A DNA stretch of 64,000 nucleotides, taken from IMG/VR virus record IMGVR_UViG_3300042554_002903, positions 2,773 to 66,772 of that record, one strand, 5' to 3'. Each line of letters starts with the position of its first letter. Within the stretch, counting starts at the first letter, position 1. Under the pieces are notes generated by a model that saw only the letters and a program-made list of their open reading frames with translations, ran no database searches and was not told the origin of the DNA. Positions 42,127 to 51,514 of the stretch are shown here, piece by piece. The DNA is from a virus. Made by a program: the position numbers and the translations under genes.

Positions 42127-43467
42127 TTAAGAGGTGAACTCGATGAGACCCAATTTGTTTGGAACGCAGTACAAACCGCAGTCAGAGAGAATCTCGAACT
42201 GAGTAGAATCCACGTCACTTACAACCATAGAAGCATTAGCACCGGCAATAGCTGCTTTAACAGAAGATGGATCAGCGTCAACAGTCAGACCAGTCATACC
42301 TGGCAGGTAGCCGGCAATCAGTTCGTCGTTGTTGAAGTGATACTTCTGAAGAGGAGACATGCTACCACCACCGCTTACGCTTGGGACAGGGCTAAGGTCC
42401 ATGAAGTAGATAGAGTTGGAACGGATAGGAGTACCGTTGATAGAACTCAATTCGGCACGGAATGATTCGTCATCCAGCAAGCCCCAACGTACAAACTCTA
42501 CGCTCAAGCCGAGGTAGTTGTATTTGTAAACGTCGATACCCTGAACAGCGGTTCCACCGAAAGTGTTTGTATTACCAACAGGAGTGATGTATTTATCACC
42601 TACCAGATCCTGTAAACGCCTAAGTGCAGCGAGACCCATCAGACAAACAAGACGACGACCATTCTCAGCAGACACTTGGGCCATCTGATAAAGCATATCG
42701 TTGAAGTTGTCAAGAGTCATTGCAGAGCTCAAAGGCATGTACTGACCACCGTTGTTGATGATAGACCAACGCAGACCACCGGTAGTGTATGTCTCATTGT
42801 TTGCACCGGCATTCAATACCGCACGCTCAGAGAAAGCATATTTATATTCCAGGGTTTTAGCGAAGGCACGCATAGTCAACTCATCGTAAGAGGTATACCA
42901 GTAGTCACCAGCCCACATTACACGGCTGGCAGATCTGTCCCTACGGCTCTGTGCGCCACTTTCACGAGTTACAGCAGTGTAACCGTAGTCGGTGTCAGGA
43001 GTGTAGTTCAGGCTTGCGCGACCACGAGAGCCTTTGTTAGCAGATGCATCGAACAGAACACGAACAACAGCGCCGGCAAGGAAGTGAGTACCTGCAGCCA
43101 GGGTGGTGTTAACAGACTGAACTGTTACAGTACCTGAGCCAACAGCCACGACGTGACCTTGTACGTTGTTTGATTCAACGATGTCATTCACACGGAAACC
43201 TTCAGAAGAAGGAACAGGGATAACAAGGTTAGAACCGCTTGTGGTTGCGTTGCTTGAGATGGTCTGGTACACAGACAAGTTGCCCATGCTCGCTACTTCA
43301 AACCTTGCCAGAGGCGTAGATTCTGAAGAGCCGAGTTGAGAAATAAGCTGTGTCATAACATTGTAGCCGAAGTCGGTGGCGTAAACCATCTCGATTTTGG
43401 CTGGCGATTGAAGACCTTTTAAATAAAGGGATTTGTCAATCGGCAGGGTGGTAACTGGGGATGCCAT
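42127..43467 (-). CDS. major capsid protein
   Basis: 446 aa; follows portal and scaffold; TTGGLRWSI P-domain-like motif; strongly biased codon usage. Confidence 0.8.
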   Translation of the reverse strand: MASPVTTLPIDKSLYLKGLQSPAKIEMVYATDFGYNVMTQLISQLGSSESTPLARFEVASMGNLSVYQTISSNATTSGSNLVIPVPSSEGFRVNDIVESNNVQGHVVAVGSGTVTVQSVNTTLAAGTHFLAGAVVRVLFDASANKGSRGRASLNYTPDTDYGYTAVTRESGAQSRRDRSASRVMWAGDYWYTSYDELTMRAFAKTLEYKYAFSERAVLNAGANNETYTTGGLRWSIINNGGQYMPLSSAMTLDNFNDMLYQMAQVSAENGRRLVCLMGLAALRRLQDLVGDKYITPVGNTNTFGGTAVQGIDVYKYNYLGLSVEFVRWGLLDDESFRAELSSINGTPIRSNSIYFMDLSPVPSVSGGGSMSPLQKYHFNNDELIAGYLPGMTGLTVDADPSSVKAAIAGANASMVVSDVDSTQFEILSDCGLYCVPNKLGLIEFTS

Positions 43468-43495
43468 GTTTTACTTGTGTTTTTTGGTTTAGTTT

Positions 43496-44482
43496 TTAGC
43501 GACCGCTTTTCTTCTTATCAAGGTACGCTCTAACAGCATCATCAGGGGTATTTGTGGTAGGTACCACACTGGCCGGGATGTTCGGGCTCGGGTTGTGAAC
43601 CTGTGCCAGTACTTCCTGCCTTCCCTGATTCTTAGCTGCTGTAACATTGGCCCGAACAATATCTTTCAAATACCGGTTCGCGAAAACAGCATTGAATATT
43701 TTTTCGGTGTCAAATGTTCCATCGGGTCTCACAACTCCAAAGTCTTTCATGTCCTTGCGAACCTGGTCTACCATTTCAGTACTAACCTTTAGTCCATACA
43801 ATTCCTGATCAACAAGAGGGGTAACAAGAGACTCGATGTCGTTATCAAAACGCTCAACTACTTTGGCGAAATTCTCCTCATTCTGCTTTCTCATCGTTTC
43901 GATGGGGTTGATAAGCTCGTTGAGTTTTTTAGAATTTTCATCCTCGTAGCGTTTGCGCAGTTGATTCTCATACTCAATCTTTTGGGTCGGGCTCAGAGTA
44001 GAGTATCTTACAATCTCTTCTTCAAGCGCATCACCTTCAAGATTGTAGAAGTCTTTCAGTGCGTTCTGTACCAGCTTCTCGCCTTCCAGTTTACTTACGT
44101 CCTTCACCTTGTACTCGCTTATCAAGTCAGCCAGGTTCTTACCTGCTTCTTTGAATTTCTTGAGTAACTGGAAGTCCGGGTCTTCTGGGAGTTGAGGTGA
44201 GACCGGTTCATTCTTTTCATTCTTCTCTACCGGAGTAGGAGGAGTTTTGGTCGTGTCCGTGGCGTCTTCATACCACGGTTTCTGTGCCGCTGCTTCTGGG
44301 GTTTCTACCGGTTCGGCCGGTACAACAGGAGCTACTGGAGCTACTGGTTCCGGAGTCACTGGTGGAGTTGGCGCAGAATCCACGACAGGCGCAACGGGTT
44401 CCGGAGTCACCGGTTCCACGGGTACAGCCGCAGGGGTTTGATTCCCGATAAGCTGTGCGATCTGATCTGCGAATTTGCTCAT
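43496..44482 (-). CDS. capsid scaffolding protein
   Basis: Pro/Glu-rich disordered N-terminus and acidic coiled coil; between portal and MCP. Confidence 0.7.
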   Translation of the reverse strand: MSKFADQIAQLIGNQTPAAVPVEPVTPEPVAPVVDSAPTPPVTPEPVAPVAPVVPAEPVETPEAAAQKPWYEDATDTTKTPPTPVEKNEKNEPVSPQLPEDPDFQLLKKFKEAGKNLADLISEYKVKDVSKLEGEKLVQNALKDFYNLEGDALEEEIVRYSTLSPTQKIEYENQLRKRYEDENSKKLNELINPIETMRKQNEENFAKVVERFDNDIESLVTPLVDQELYGLKVSTEMVDQVRKDMKDFGVVRPDGTFDTEKIFNAVFANRYLKDIVRANVTAAKNQGRQEVLAQVHNPSPNIPASVVPTTNTPDDAVRAYLDKKKSGR

Positions 44483-44509
44483 ATATCTTTCAAAGTTAGT
44501 GTATTACAA

Positions 44510-46672
44510 TTACATCTCCAAATCAGGCTCCTGCTGCTCCTGGCCTTGGGGCGGCATCTGGCTGGCGACTTCCACTTCTTTTCGATAGTTTGCGCCTTCC
44601 TGCCTTAATTGTTCCGGAGCCACACTTGCCTGGAGTTGAGCTTCTTGCTGCATCTGCATCATCTGCATTTGCATCTGTTGCTGCTTCTCTGCATCCCTTA
44701 CACGTTTGCGCACGGCATACATTAATTCTGCTCTGAGTTCTGTGAAGGTTCTGCATTGCTCTATATTTAAGTAGTCTTCGAATGTAATGGCCTGGTTCTG
44801 AGCAAATGCTTGTGCCATGTTCAGTAACCTTTCTCTTGCCTGTTCGTCGATGAAGTCGCGTATCTTTATATACGTACCGATCTCTTCGAACTGGAAGTCC
44901 TTCATTATTTTCAGGTAGCGTATACCATCAGTACCTACTACCGGTATGTCGTTCTCGTCTTCTGAAATGGCTCCGAGTTTATATTGGTTGAGGGCGTGCC
45001 TTAACTGGTGCTCTATGAAACCTACGAATCCCTGGTAGAGTGAGGCCGTTCCGAGATTGGACTGAGCAATTGTGCCGGCCTGTGTTTTCGCACCGACATA
45101 TCCGCTCTGTTGACCGAGTGCGATCTTGGGTATGTTCACGATCTCTTCCATCAGTCTCTCTTCTTCCCGGCGCAGCGCAATTAACTGCTGTACGTTTGGA
45201 TCGAGAGTCATGTCAACGACGTCAACCAATCTTTTATACTTGCTGTCGTCATCCTCGCCGCTGGCTGAGTTAATCGTGCTTATACCCCAGAGTTCAAAAT
45301 CCTTAAGTATAGATGAAGGTGTCTTACCGCCGGCCTTGTCTTCGTTGAATACGAAGTTCTTACCCTTGGCCTTATTGACCATCTTGGTGATCTCGTTGGT
45401 GAAGTAGTCGATCCTGTCCTGGTGGATATGCAGACGTGATACAACCGAGCGGTTATCGCCGCCGATCATGTTCGGTACGAATACCTTAATAGGTAGTTCA
45501 ACCTCACCTGGATTGTCATGCTTACGAACTATGTTCGTGTCCTCACCGTAGTTGACCAGATATTTATCTCCGATCAGCGTGCCTTTATATACGGTCTTTA
45601 CCCAGTACTCGCCGGCTTTATTCTTCTTGCGAATCTTGGCGTAGTGTGTATTACCGTACTTATCATTTACCTTTTCCATGCGTAGGTCTTTCATACCTAC
45701 CCAGTATACTTCAGCAGCAGCCATCAGTGGCATACCTTGGTATGTTTTGTACCAGTGAGCTGAATAAGGTACATTGGTGAGACCCAACCGATCCATCGAT
45801 CCCGATCCGGTCATATTTTTCAACTCAGCTATTTCTTCCATTGAGAGTTGATGACCATGTTGTTCCATGATATCGGAAGGCGTCATCCACTTAACTTCCC
45901 CTACGAAACGGGCCTCACTGTTGAAATCATTATCTTTCGCGTTATCCCAGATCAGAGCCCAGGGTTCAACAACCGAGAAATACTCCCGGCCATTTTCCAT
46001 TCTGTTTTTAATACCGGCTTTACCGGTAATGAGAGCATAGTGCAGGGCGAGCTTGTACTTCTGACGGGCCTCATTACGAAGTAGGATATCCTCACACATA
46101 CGCTGCGCAATAATATCACCCTTCTCTTTATAGTCATACATCATGAAGCGCTCGATATCCTGCTCGCTTTCAAACTCGTCTTCCTGTCCACCCATGGGTG
46201 AGAATTCAATACCATAAGAAGACATATCGGCAAATAGCTCGGCGGCTTGTTTCTTAAGCAGCAGCTTCTCGAGCATGGTAGTCTTACGATTCACCGCAGC
46301 TTTACTATTCAACCGGACCGATGGTTCGATATTATCTACCATCTTGACTCCGGTACCCAGCATGAAGTCAATCAAGCCGGTCACCTTCTGTCCGGATATC
46401 CACACCGTAGGTAGAGGGTCGCATCCGTCTGCTGTCTGAGTTGTGTAGTAGTAATCCCGGTTACTCTGCTTACCCATATAGTAAGAGACCATGCGGATCA
46501 TTTCATCGACCGGAGTTTCGTATGCGTTTTGTGAGTTACCTTGATTCTGAGGACGGGCGTCAAGCAATGTACGTTTCGCATTGTAGTGCGAGTATACAAA
46601 GCGGACGTTCTCCTTGTACCAGTCGATGCCTTTCGCTGTGTCAAACTGGGACGGTTGAGTGTGTACTGCCAT
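44510..46672 (-). CDS. portal protein
   Basis: 720 aa; first gene of the head module; Gln/Met-rich C-terminal barrel. Confidence 0.82.
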   Translation of the reverse strand: MAVHTQPSQFDTAKGIDWYKENVRFVYSHYNAKRTLLDARPQNQGNSQNAYETPVDEMIRMVSYYMGKQSNRDYYYTTQTADGCDPLPTVWISGQKVTGLIDFMLGTGVKMVDNIEPSVRLNSKAAVNRKTTMLEKLLLKKQAAELFADMSSYGIEFSPMGGQEDEFESEQDIERFMMYDYKEKGDIIAQRMCEDILLRNEARQKYKLALHYALITGKAGIKNRMENGREYFSVVEPWALIWDNAKDNDFNSEARFVGEVKWMTPSDIMEQHGHQLSMEEIAELKNMTGSGSMDRLGLTNVPYSAHWYKTYQGMPLMAAAEVYWVGMKDLRMEKVNDKYGNTHYAKIRKKNKAGEYWVKTVYKGTLIGDKYLVNYGEDTNIVRKHDNPGEVELPIKVFVPNMIGGDNRSVVSRLHIHQDRIDYFTNEITKMVNKAKGKNFVFNEDKAGGKTPSSILKDFELWGISTINSASGEDDDSKYKRLVDVVDMTLDPNVQQLIALRREEERLMEEIVNIPKIALGQQSGYVGAKTQAGTIAQSNLGTASLYQGFVGFIEHQLRHALNQYKLGAISEDENDIPVVGTDGIRYLKIMKDFQFEEIGTYIKIRDFIDEQARERLLNMAQAFAQNQAITFEDYLNIEQCRTFTELRAELMYAVRKRVRDAEKQQQMQMQMMQMQQEAQLQASVAPEQLRQEGANYRKEVEVASQMPPQGQEQQEPDLEM

Positions 46673-46678
46673 TTCCTA

Positions 46679-46709
46679 CAAAGTTAGCGAAAAAATAAGT
46701 GAGGCCCAA
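46679..46709 (-). promoter_or_regulatory. portal promoter with its -33 element inside the repeated motif
   Basis: Minus strand reads TTGGGCCTCAC-N12-TAACTTTG-TAGGAA-ATG. Confidence 0.7.
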
Positions 46710-47394
46710 ATCGGAGCGGCGGGCCTGAAGGTGTTTATACCGAGAAGTAGGTTTAATGCGGCGGGCCTGAAAGCCTTTTTGAATTTTTAGACCGGACTTT
46801 TGAGAATATGGACCTGCGTTTGCTGCGCTATTCTGTTCACCGGTTCGCTCGACAAAAAATTTTTGCGAAATCCGCTTAAATATATTTATTTCTGTTCTCT
46901 TGGTGGTAATGATTGAGGCGATCAAGCACACTTCCTCTAATCCTAAAGGTCACTTTAAAAAAAGGCCCTTTAAGTTAGAAGTGTGCTTAATTGGTCTCCA
47001 GTACGGTTAACGACATCGGCAGACCAAGCAATCAGAGTAAGCGCTGCGTTCTCTGACCTGTGAACACCTTTGAGGAACAGCCCTCGTTTTTACAGCTTGT
47101 TTCACTTTACTTCTAAGCTTTCGGTTTATGTAAAATCCCCCAGTAACCGACAGCTACCATATCTTTCAATGGTAACCTTTTACAATTCCAACCCTGGTGC
47201 CAACCTTCTGGTTTCTCGTCTGCTGGAAAGGGACCACCTAAGTGATCGGTGCAAAGGTACAAAGAACGAAAAGAAAAGTCAACTTCTTTTTTAAAGCAAC
47301 CACCCGCCATCTTGCGATGACGAGTGGCCGGATTTAGGGAGAAGTATTACAAAGATAATACATTTGAAAACAAAATGCAAATTTGAAAAAGTAC

Positions 47395-47425
47395 TTGACT
47401 TCTGTTGGGTCTCACATTACCTTTG
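47395..47425 (+). promoter_or_regulatory. sigma-70 promoter with the motif in its spacer
   Basis: TTGACT 47395, TGGGTCTCAC 47406, TACCTTTG 47418. Confidence 0.85.
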
Positions 47426-47439
47426 TACGAATTTACAAT

Positions 47440-47631
47440 ATGCATATAAAATCAAAATACATTAATGCGGTAGAAGATGCTATTGATTTCATCCAACATA
47501 ATATTGATGGGGTATCTGATGAGCAAAACGAAAAGGAAACACTTAATGTACTTCGAGAGCTTGTTAAAAAAATGCAAGAAAGTCAGCACAAGAAATTGGT
47601 CAGTTACTTTGTCCGCAAAAACGGAAGATAA
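47440..47631 (+). CDS. hypothetical protein
   Basis: ATG downstream of the promoter. Confidence 0.55.
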   Translation: MHIKSKYINAVEDAIDFIQHNIDGVSDEQNEKETLNVLRELVKKMQESQHKKLVSYFVRKNGR

Positions 47632-47647
47632 TTGTTTATAAAACAAA

Positions 47648-47923
47648 ATGAAAGCATACAGATTAAAACACAAACCAACTGGTTTATTTTATCAACCATC
47701 AAGAGGTAATGGTAATTTATCAAAGTTCGGTAAACCCTATGTTTCAACGAAACCGAAAATAGAATGGGCTCTATGTTTAAGGATCAGGTTCTATTCTGTA
47801 AAGTCAGAACCCAAGGGACATCACAAAATAATTTGTGATCATTTCAACATTCCTTTTAAGAACGGGTTTGTAGACACGTACGTAAAAACACAACCTGAAG
47901 ATTGGGAGATTATCGAAATATGA
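47648..47923 (+). CDS. hypothetical phage protein
   Basis: YRLKHKPTGLFY...NLSKFGK.Y pattern. Confidence 0.65.
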   Translation: MKAYRLKHKPTGLFYQPSRGNGNLSKFGKPYVSTKPKIEWALCLRIRFYSVKSEPKGHHKIICDHFNIPFKNGFVDTYVKTQPEDWEIIEI

Positions 47924-47937
47924 TCTGGATATTACAA

Positions 47938-48312
47938 TCACTCCAAAATCTTGATGGTCACGTCGACGTAATCCTCACCTTTTGGTACCAGTACTTTCTT
48001 AATATGCATGGACCATATTGACTTATCATTGAAGCCGTACTTCTTCTGTAGTACATCCAGTGTTGGTTTAATAGGGTTGTCGATATCGGAAGCACCATTG
48101 GAGAATCCGAATTCCAACCAGACCTCAAGCTTATCTGCTTTCTTCAGGTCCTTCTTCCAGGAAGGTAGGTTGTACATCACCTCGATTTCCCAGTTTTTAT
48201 ACTCCGGTGTTTTAAAGCGCCGGCCCTGCCATGCTTTATTCACACTCAGTGGTTTTATATTCACCTTGCTATGCAGCAGGATTGCCGGTATCTTACTTTT
48301 TCTAAGAGTCAT
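47938..48312 (-). CDS. RusA-like Holliday junction resolvase
   Basis: KPLSVNKAWQGRRFKT, SDIDNPIKPTLDVL, FNDKSI. Confidence 0.85.
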   Translation of the reverse strand: MTLRKSKIPAILLHSKVNIKPLSVNKAWQGRRFKTPEYKNWEIEVMYNLPSWKKDLKKADKLEVWLEFGFSNGASDIDNPIKPTLDVLQKKYGFNDKSIWSMHIKKVLVPKGEDYVDVTIKILE

Positions 48313-48724
48313 ATCTTAATTTCTTTAGCAATTCATTGGGTCTCACATCATCTCTCAACTCCAAATCCCTGAACATTATATCCTCAACACTCACCCCATA
48401 GAACTCAGAAGCTATTATAGCTATCTTAGTCGAGAACATAAATGTTTCGCTATCGGTAAGGAAGTCACGGACACCGACATCAATCGTGATACCCATGTGT
48501 TCGATTATATTATCGCAGGTCATCTGCCGGCCCATCACCAATTTGAGATGGTGCAGATTCTTACGTACCCTCTGGCTTATTGTTCTGAGCTGCTCTTTAA
48601 CATTCTCGTTAAAGTATAATCTTTTCGCATTTGATATCCTGGCCTTACGTACAGGTATGGACGGCTCCTTCTTTTTTATTTCGCTGATCTCTGCCAGCAG
48701 TATGTCTTCTCGTGATAACGCCAT
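48302..48724 (-). CDS. XRE/Cro-like HTH transcription regulator
   Basis: VRKNLHHLK...IIEHMGI...IASEFYGVSVEDIMFRDL resembles the XRE C-terminal signature; transcribed from a divergent promoter. Confidence 0.55.
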   Translation of the reverse strand: MALSREDILLAEISEIKKKEPSIPVRKARISNAKRLYFNENVKEQLRTISQRVRKNLHHLKLVMGRQMTCDNIIEHMGITIDVGVRDFLTDSETFMFSTKIAIIASEFYGVSVEDIMFRDLELRDDVRPNELLKKLRYDS

Positions 48725-48742
48725 GAGTTCTGTCTTCTGTTA

Positions 48743-48793
48743 CAAAGTTAAATAAAAAATGCTTGACTTTCATTCGGTCTCACTTTATCTTTG
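48743..48793. promoter_or_regulatory. back-to-back promoters with an operator-like motif
   Basis: Leftward TAACTTTG (48750-48743); rightward TTGACT 48763, CGGTCTCAC 48775, TATCTTTG 48786. Confidence 0.8.
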
Positions 48794-48810
48794 CAGAAAT
48801 ACCCAATAGA

Positions 48811-49083
48811 ATGAAAAAGTTTAAACTTAGTACAGTAGCCGCTATTGTCGTATATGCGATGTTAGTGGCCGGGCTTTCGTCTTGTTCAGGTGAATTTAAC
48901 GATACCGACCAGAGCAAATTTGTAGTTAAAGAAGTTTTAGAACGAAGAGGAATGTCAAAAATGACAACATATAAAGTTTTAATGTTAGACGCTTCTGGTT
49001 TAGGAGCAACGTCTTTCTGGATGGTAGATAGTGTTGGTAAGTATAACGTTGGTGATAGGTTGTGGTTGCAGCCTTGCCGGTAA
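48811..49083 (+). CDS. small lipoprotein
   Basis: MKKFK...LSSC lipobox. Confidence 0.65.
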   Translation: MKKFKLSTVAAIVVYAMLVAGLSSCSGEFNDTDQSKFVVKEVLERRGMSKMTTYKVLMLDASGLGATSFWMVDSVGKYNVGDRLWLQPCR

Positions 49084-49134
49084 CTAATGGCTACACGAAA
49101 CAATAGATAAAACACTTTTAGAATAAATAAAATC

Positions 49135-49506
49135 ATGAGCAATAAAAAAGAAACGGCGTTAGACTGGGTAATTGGAAACCTGGAAACACAAATCAACATG
49201 TCAATACAAATTGACGGACAAACTCAAACAGCAGAAGAGTATCGAAGAGGGTTACTCCAAGCTATAAGTTTTTGCAAACATGCCAAGCTGATAGAAGAGG
49301 AACAAATCGAAGATGCTTATAAGCAAGGTGTTATTGATGAATACGGCGACGCTTTGGATAAAAAGAGTATAGATTGTGACTACTACATGAAGACATTTAC
49401 TACAGATAGTATCAATAAAAACAATGCGATTGCGGTAGCCGAGAGATTATACTACGAAGAAAATGCTGAAATGTTTGCTGATGCTGTTTCTCGAAATGGC
49501 TTATAA
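49135..49506 (+). CDS. hypothetical phage protein
   Basis: KETALDW...AKLIEEEQIEDAY pattern. Confidence 0.65.
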   Translation: MSNKKETALDWVIGNLETQINMSIQIDGQTQTAEEYRRGLLQAISFCKHAKLIEEEQIEDAYKQGVIDEYGDALDKKSIDCDYYMKTFTTDSINKNNAIAVAERLYYEENAEMFADAVSRNGL

Positions 49507-49556
49507 CGTTTTGCGGCTTTGCGTAGGGCGATTTTTTAACGATAAACACCGATACA

Positions 49557-49796
49557 ATGACGGAAGAAACTTTAGAAACAATACTGTTGGGTCACATAAC
49601 CAAGGAATTAAAAGACGAAATAGTAATAAGCCGACAAGTAAAGTTGGCTAAAACGATAATGCAAGCCTTACGTATACACGATGTTGTAGGTCAAAGCGAA
49701 CAATCATCTAAAATTATTGATGACGAATGTATGATATGTGGTGATGTTGCAGACACAAAAGATGGTTGGATTTGCGCAGATTGTAGAAATTTTTAG
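49557..49796 (+). CDS. small Zn-ribbon protein
   Basis: ALRIHDVVGQSEQ; CMIC...CADC. Confidence 0.6.
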   Translation: MTEETLETILLGHITKELKDEIVISRQVKLAKTIMQALRIHDVVGQSEQSSKIIDDECMICGDVADTKDGWICADCRNF

Positions 49797-49858
49797 AAGA
49801 TTATGTATAACGTTGAATACTACTTAAAGACATTCGGAAAAAATTCTGAAAAAAAAGA

Positions 49859-49889
49859 TTGACTTTATTTCAAAACCACTTTATATTTG
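49859..49889 (+). promoter_or_regulatory. sigma-70 promoter without the motif
   Basis: TTGACT 49859, TATATTTG 49882, ATG 49895. Confidence 0.8.
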
Positions 49890-49894
49890 CAATC

Positions 49895-50188
49895 ATGAAC
49901 GAAGGAGAACTGAAGATACAGTTTAAAAAAGCAACCGACTATCAAGAGGCCCTTACTATAGGATACAAGACAATAGCTCTTGGATATCCAGGTGTAGCCT
50001 TTGAGATGGCTCAGACATTACTGCAGGAGTTAGCTAATGATCCCGAGCCAGAGAAGTTCCGCCCGTCACAGTTCGGACAGACCAGACATAAGAACTGGTT
50101 TCTCCGCCGGTACTATCACAAGCCAGGTAAGAAGACCAACGATATCAACGAGTTCTACTTTATAGCTAAGGAGAGTGTTGAGAAATGA
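49895..50188 (+). CDS. hypothetical protein
   Basis: ATG after the promoter. Confidence 0.6.
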   Translation: MNEGELKIQFKKATDYQEALTIGYKTIALGYPGVAFEMAQTLLQELANDPEPEKFRPSQFGQTRHKNWFLRRYYHKPGKKTNDINEFYFIAKESVEK

Positions 50189-50604
50189 GTACTCGTAGAC
50201 AGAGAAGGGAGACCCAACAGGAAGAACTTGAGACCAATCAGCGACTTGCACGATGGGGCTCATCACCAGATGGTCAGAAGCAATTAATCCGCTACAGTAA
50301 AACATTTGCCTGGGCTCTCAGACGAAGCAGGAAAGAGCTGGAGAACACGCTGGAAAGCAAGGTGATGTGCGAGTACCCTGTTGAGTCCCGGGATCTTAAA
50401 GAAGCTATCGCTCAGATGGATGACCAGATGTGTTTCACAAGTAGTGGTGTAAGTAATACAGACAAGTACGCCATCGAAGAAGCACTCAGACACGTAGACA
50501 AGCAGACAGCCAAAGAGCTGGTCTACAAAACAAGTGAGAAGGAGAAAACACTGTGGGATAAGATCCGCTACTTCTTCTATCTGCTATTTAGAAAAACCAA
50601 TTAA
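50185..50604 (+). CDS. hypothetical protein
   Basis: ATGA overlap. Confidence 0.6.
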   Translation: MSTRRQRRETQQEELETNQRLARWGSSPDGQKQLIRYSKTFAWALRRSRKELENTLESKVMCEYPVESRDLKEAIAQMDDQMCFTSSGVSNTDKYAIEEALRHVDKQTAKELVYKTSEKEKTLWDKIRYFFYLLFRKTN

Positions 50605-50621
50605 ACCAGAATAATAAAAAC

Positions 50622-51257
50622 ATGCCAGCTTACAAAAATTACGGTGGCGGTAACCGAGTTTACCTATCCGTGCGCAATGGAAAATTAATGCAGTCTGCAA
50701 AACAGGATACCCCTGGAGCAGAACCCGTGAAGAACAAAGAAGGTGAAGTTAAATACTTCATCGTCTATGACGCAATCGAAGGCAAGATCACTGGCTTCGG
50801 AACTAAGGAGAACGAGTACAATGGTCAGAAGATCAAATCATTCTACTTCGACGTGACCGATTCCGAAAATACGTTCCGTATTGAGATCAACCAGGACAGT
50901 GGTAACTTCGTTTCGGTAGCAACCCGTTTCCCCAACATCGATTTCGATAAGAATGTTGTTGTACAACCGGCGGTATTCCCTACTGACAAAGGTGGTAAAT
51001 CCTACTTCGTCTTCCTTAAACAGAACGGAGAGAATTTGAAATCCGCTTTTGAAAAAGAAGTCATGCCGAAGTGGGAAGCCATTACGAAGAAGAACGGTGA
51101 TTTTTTATCATGGGATAAGACCGAGCAGACAACCTTCCTGCTCAACGAGATCAACAAGCTGACAGAAAAACTGCCGTCAGCCCATGGCGCCGCACTCAGT
51201 GCTGTACCGAATGAGCTTGAAGGTACAGAAGGTGGAGATGACGATTTACCATTCTGA
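50622..51257 (+). CDS. single-stranded DNA-binding protein
   Basis: OB-like beta body; acidic tail ending DDDLPF. Confidence 0.75.
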   Translation: MPAYKNYGGGNRVYLSVRNGKLMQSAKQDTPGAEPVKNKEGEVKYFIVYDAIEGKITGFGTKENEYNGQKIKSFYFDVTDSENTFRIEINQDSGNFVSVATRFPNIDFDKNVVVQPAVFPTDKGGKSYFVFLKQNGENLKSAFEKEVMPKWEAITKKNGDFLSWDKTEQTTFLLNEINKLTEKLPSAHGAALSAVPNELEGTEGGDDDLPF

Positions 51258-51514
51258 TGCCAAAGGTAGGTAATCCGGATTTGGCAAGTAAGATTGCCGG
51301 TAAGGTTAATGAGGCCAAGGATAAAACCTTGGCTTCACCACCTGTCCACATGCAGCACCACGGTAAGGAACAGCGTTCCATCATCAGACAGGTGTGTATT
51401 AAATCGGCCTCAGAAGCGGTATCGCGTATTCGCCCTGCAGGTTATACAATCAGCTCACTATCAAAAGAAATTATTACTCTGGCCGAAGAGCTGGAGAACT
51501 GGATAACACGATGA
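51257..51514 (+). CDS. hypothetical protein
   Basis: QRSIIRQVCIKSA...AEELENWI. Confidence 0.6.
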   Translation: MPKVGNPDLASKIAGKVNEAKDKTLASPPVHMQHHGKEQRSIIRQVCIKSASEAVSRIRPAGYTISSLSKEIITLAEELENWITR

